Below, in pieces: positions 17,024 through 20,000 of a stretch of DNA of 20,000 nt. The number at the start of each line of letters is the position of its first letter. Position 1 is the first letter of the stretch. Both the position numbers and the translations under genes were made by a program. Source of the stretch: an uncultured virus (IMG/VR IMGVR_UViG_3300020256_000002) (Duplodnaviria; Heunggongvirae; Uroviricota; Caudoviricetes); the IMG/VR virus record IMGVR_UViG_3300020256_000002, positions 53,526-73,525 of that record; one strand, written 5' to 3'. The notes under the pieces were generated by a model. It was not told the DNA's origin. It did not search any database and was given only the letters and a program-made list of their open reading frames with translations.

Positions 17024-17581
17024 ATGCAACGTGACGCAACCCAAACCGCAGTCTACAAAATCTTCCATTGGAAGTATCAATGTAAAATACCAGAGATGGT
17101 AGTTTATTCCGATGCTGTACTTGAAGAGTTCGGTACATTCGTCTCTGGAGACGAAGCGCGTGACGTTAGTAACGCAACCATGTTGGTCGGTGCAATCCGT
17201 ACAATCGCTGAGCTGTGTGAGATAAGCGCTAAGGGATTTAAGATTGAAATCGAGGACAACAGAAAAGCTTTTGAAATGTACAGCTTGGTGTGTGAGCATT
17301 TAAAAGACTGCATCGAATACCAGAAAAATGGTTTGTTCGGTCGAATGCCCCCCATGGATGATTTGAAAAAGCTTGACAAGTTTGCGGCGTATATCTACCC
17401 ACAAGCGCGCTGGCACTTTGTTGGTGAAACTGAGACCACCAGTAAACTCATGTCCTTCCTATCGCGTAGTCGTACTGGTCGTAAGACAGAGGAGCAGGTT
17501 AAGACTGCACCAGATGCACACGTACCTATTACTACTAAACTTGACACCGGTATGTTAACAGGGACAAGGCAATGGAAGTAA
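17024..17581 (+). CDS. Conserved hypothetical phage protein (phiKZ gp100-like position)
   Basis: 185-aa ORF in the operon; contains PPMDDLKKLDKFAAYIY. Confidence 0.7.
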   Translation: MQRDATQTAVYKIFHWKYQCKIPEMVVYSDAVLEEFGTFVSGDEARDVSNATMLVGAIRTIAELCEISAKGFKIEIEDNRKAFEMYSLVCEHLKDCIEYQKNGLFGRMPPMDDLKKLDKFAAYIYPQARWHFVGETETTSKLMSFLSRSRTGRKTEEQVKTAPDAHVPITTKLDTGMLTGTRQWK

Positions 17582-18960
17582 GAAACACGACTCTATACGA
17601 GGAGATGTTGAAGATAATCAACGTACCGGCTACACACCCAGAGTTTATGTGGTCGGTTACTTTGTTTACTCCTGAGGGCGAATTGGTTTTAGATGATGTT
17701 AAGTCAATGTCAGTCGAACGTGACTACGCACAGGACTTCTCAGATAAAACCATGCTCAACTTCATGATGGGGATAGGGACGTACACTAACAAGGTGTATC
17801 CCTATAAAAGCAAGTTAACTGTCGAGATTGTTAAGCGTCCGATTGTTGTAGGTTCTAATGATACGCTAGACCCTAACCAATACGCCACGAAGGAAGTTTA
17901 TCGTGCTGTGTTAGTTGACCAGTCTAGTTTGGGGCTCAGGGCAGGTAGTGAGATGACAAGCGATGAGGCTAAGGGTGACCGCTCACAACGCATCCAGGTA
18001 CAGCTTCAGTTAATTGACCCGCTACTGGACGCAATGCGTACTAAGTTTATCTCTGGTATCTTTGAGGGTACGTGGGAAAACATCCTTAAGGCACTGTGTC
18101 GGGCTAAGCTTCGTAAGGAACCGTGGGAGAAGGACGTTAACCTTGAACGAGTACATCAGCGACAGCAGTATGAACTAGCAGGGGTAGACGTAGTTGAAAC
18201 GGATAATACCAATGACCCGAAACAACTACTCATTCCTGTTGGGACACGCATTGTTGACCTACCCGACTACATCCAACGTAAGTATGGTTTGTACACCACG
18301 TCACTTGGTAGTTACATTGAACGAGGTGAGTGGTATATCTGGGGACTCCATAATACCAAGCGGTATGAAAACTCAGAGAGAACCATTACGGTCGCTATGA
18401 TGGACAGCGGGGTACTCCCTGCCACCGACAACTCTTACATCGTGGAAGAAAAACACGTTAAGATAGTTGCCACCGGAAACATCCAACATTTGGACAACAC
18501 TGAATCCACACTTCAGAACCTAGGTAATGGAGTAAGGTATCAGGATGCAAACAAACTGATGGATGGGTATGCTGAGACCATTGATGGTGTAACCCACATC
18601 AGCCGGGGTAAAAACCTAAGGGAGTATTTGGTAGAGCCACGGGAAGATAACCTGAATGTGATTCCGTACGCAAAACAGCGTATGACCTCGAACCACTACA
18701 AAGAGCTGTCAGAGCTTAATGAGCGCAGGGGAACCATTGTAGCAGTTAAGTGGGAAAACTCCGCACCGGACGTTCTACGACCCGGTACACCTAGTAAACT
18801 ACTGTACTCGGCGAAGGATGAGGTGAAGAGCGTTGAGGGAATATTAATTGGTTGTGTTCATGCGTATGCAAAAGAGTCACAGCGTTACACTGACCAACGA
18901 GTTAGATGTAATAGCCAGTTAGTCTTCTGGGTTAATCGCGATATCACCAACCCGGCATAA
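17572..18960 (+). CDS. Baseplate hub-like protein (T4 gp27 / late-control-D fold; phiKZ gp101-like)
   Basis: 462 aa, overlapping the upstream gene by 10 nt. Layout (VERDY..., LIDP, LLIPVGTRIVDLPDYIQ, KWENSAPDVLRPG) fits hub proteins of contractile tails. Confidence 0.6.
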   Translation: MEVRNTTLYEEMLKIINVPATHPEFMWSVTLFTPEGELVLDDVKSMSVERDYAQDFSDKTMLNFMMGIGTYTNKVYPYKSKLTVEIVKRPIVVGSNDTLDPNQYATKEVYRAVLVDQSSLGLRAGSEMTSDEAKGDRSQRIQVQLQLIDPLLDAMRTKFISGIFEGTWENILKALCRAKLRKEPWEKDVNLERVHQRQQYELAGVDVVETDNTNDPKQLLIPVGTRIVDLPDYIQRKYGLYTTSLGSYIERGEWYIWGLHNTKRYENSERTITVAMMDSGVLPATDNSYIVEEKHVKIVATGNIQHLDNTESTLQNLGNGVRYQDANKLMDGYAETIDGVTHISRGKNLREYLVEPREDNLNVIPYAKQRMTSNHYKELSELNERRGTIVAVKWENSAPDVLRPGTPSKLLYSAKDEVKSVEGILIGCVHAYAKESQRYTDQRVRCNSQLVFWVNRDITNPA

Positions 18961-18961
18961 T

Positions 18962-18981
18962 GAGGAGGCCTAGGCCTCCTC
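18962..18981. terminator. Perfect 20-bp palindrome GAGGAGGCCTAGGCCTCCTC; probable bidirectional terminator
   Basis: Lies between convergent genes; the minus-strand stop codon (18970-18972) is at its centre. Confidence 0.7.
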
Positions 18982-19173
18982 TGCTTTATGCTGTTTATTT
19001 TTTTCTTTACCAAAAATCTTATTCCAGAAAAGTGCAAGACCTACAGTTAACAGCCCATAATAGGCAGCTGCCCCAATCATCGCTGACCGAGGCAGGTCTG
19101 TGTAACTAGTAGCGACAGTAAACAGCAGAAATAATCCCAAGGTGAATAATAGGGCTCTCTGCTTAAAGTTCAC
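18970..19173 (-). CDS. Small two-TM membrane protein (holin-like topology)
   Basis: 67 aa with GTG start and AGG-containing RBS. Two hydrophobic segments (ALLFTLGLFLLFTVA; AMIGAAAYYGLLTVGLALFW) and a Lys-rich C-terminal tail. Confidence 0.7.
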   Translation of the reverse strand: MNFKQRALLFTLGLFLLFTVATSYTDLPRSAMIGAAAYYGLLTVGLALFWNKIFGKEKNKQHKAEEA

Positions 19174-19182
19174 AACCTGTCC

Positions 19183-19719
19183 TTAAAATAAACGTTTGAA
19201 CATCGCTTTAAGGCGCGTCCAGAAACTTTTTACTTCTTCTGCAATTTCTTCAGAAGATTGCTTGGCTTCGCCAATAGCTTCTACCACGTCTTCCGCTGCA
19301 TCTTCCACAGTGTTAAGCACTTCAGTAACAACGGTATCACTTTTAGTAATATCCTCAGCATGGATATCTACAGTGGCCTTACGATGTTCAGCCAACTCAG
19401 CGTTGGTCATCAAAGGCTTACCAGCTACATCACAAGCACCACATTTACTGTAACGCCCATCGGCAGTGTTGTTCTTACGGAAATCATCGATTGGGTGCAC
19501 AACGTCACAAGCACGGCAGTGTTTCAGGTCACCTTCAATGTGGGCAACGGCAGTACCATACTCTTTACGCAGTTTACGGGTTTGAACTTCGATTACGTTT
19601 TTACGTTCGCAGTTCTTACAAACATCGCGACGCTCTCCCGATTTAACACGGAATTGCTTTTCGCTTTTGGTTTTCTTACACTGAATGCAAGTCTTCTTTT
19701 CTACAGCAGCAGTCATCAT
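19183..19719 (-). CDS. Tandem zinc-ribbon protein with C-terminal amphipathic helix
   Basis: 178 aa with AGGAG RBS. Four CxxC pairs in two repeats (CIQC..CKNC; CRAC..CGAC), an acidic helical region, and C-terminus KSFWTRLKAMFKRLF. Confidence 0.8.
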   Translation of the reverse strand: MMTAAVEKKTCIQCKKTKSEKQFRVKSGERRDVCKNCERKNVIEVQTRKLRKEYGTAVAHIEGDLKHCRACDVVHPIDDFRKNNTADGRYSKCGACDVAGKPLMTNAELAEHRKATVDIHAEDITKSDTVVTEVLNTVEDAAEDVVEAIGEAKQSSEEIAEEVKSFWTRLKAMFKRLF

Positions 19720-19773
19720 TTACTCCTAGTTACCACAGACAAAAACAAATTTAGTCATAACATAGACAAACTA

Positions 19774-19796
19774 GAGTAGGGGTGTTAACCCTACTC
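19774..19796 (-). terminator. Stem-loop GAGTAGGG-N7-CCCTACTC at the end of the helicase-like gene
   Basis: 8-bp perfect inverted repeat 19774-19781/19789-19796 that includes the stop codon; on minus it is followed by TAGTTTGTCTATGTTATGAC. Confidence 0.65.
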
Positions 19797-20000
19797 CCAG
19801 AATGCATCATCGTCAGAACCGATTGGTCCCATTCCAACTTTCTTAAGCGCAGCGCTTTCGCCCAGTACGTCGTCCGGTATTGCCCCAACTTCAGCAAACT
19901 TATACACGGTGTATAAATCTTTCTCTGGGGTAATGAACGGCATACGGTGCTTACCACGGTGTGCAGTTAAGAATGTTGAACCATCCCCTGGACGTTCTAA
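19791..20000 (-). CDS. C-terminal fragment of a probable DnaB-like replicative helicase (phiKZ gp118-like); truncated by the window edge
   Basis: Open frame not in the ORF track: LERPGDGSTFLTAHRGKHRMPFITPEKDLYTVYKFAEVGAIPDDVLGESAALKKVGMGPIGSDDDAFWE*. RGKHR resembles the DnaB K-x-R arginine-finger motif. Confidence 0.6.
   Translation of the reverse strand, partial: LERPGDGSTFLTAHRGKHRMPFITPEKDLYTVYKFAEVGAIPDDVLGESAALKKVGMGPIGSDDDAFWE

Noticed and set aside
19183..19719. HNH homing endonuclease or mobile element
   Set aside because: Zinc ribbons are present but there is no HNH or endonuclease VII catalytic motif and no intron or insertion boundaries.
19258..19779. 173-aa plus-strand ORF
   Set aside because: Antisense to the well-supported zinc-ribbon gene, with no RBS or motif.
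19751..19957. 68-aa minus-strand ORF in the track
   Set aside because: Alternative frame; the frame open from the window edge to TAG 19791 gives a helicase-like sequence ending at a hairpin.

Overview
This window looks like part of a phiKZ-like (nucleus-forming, Chimalliviridae-type) jumbo phage genome. It is gene-dense and moderately AT-rich, and it holds a virion morphogenesis cluster. Family assignments come from my recall of motifs and gene order, not from a database search. Gene order: three head-protein genes, the first with an HExxH M48-like metalloprotease motif; an inverted pair of baseplate genes (969 aa wedge-like and ~364 aa); a run of head/inner-body genes with many S/A/G-x-E prohead-protease motifs, including two tandem paralogs; a small AT-rich accessory island (minimal nucleotidyltransferase-like gene, 257-aa unknown, 58-aa ORF missing from the ORF track); four neck/tail/baseplate-hub genes; and on the minus strand a 2-TM protein, a tandem zinc-ribbon protein with a MinD-like amphipathic C-terminus, and the C-terminus of a probable DnaB-like helicase. 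This order resembles phiKZ gp84-gp101 followed by gp118. The most notable unexplained signals are: (i) GC-rich hairpins followed by TATG instead of a U-tract, with a 16/17-identical downstream motif at two sites; (ii) a 72-nt structured RNA element after the second inner-body paralog; (iii) the stand-alone nucleotidyltransferase island; (iv) the zinc-ribbon/membrane gene pair; (v) divergent genes with back-to-back RBSs only 29 bp apart. No tRNA, rRNA, CRISPR array or mobile element was seen.
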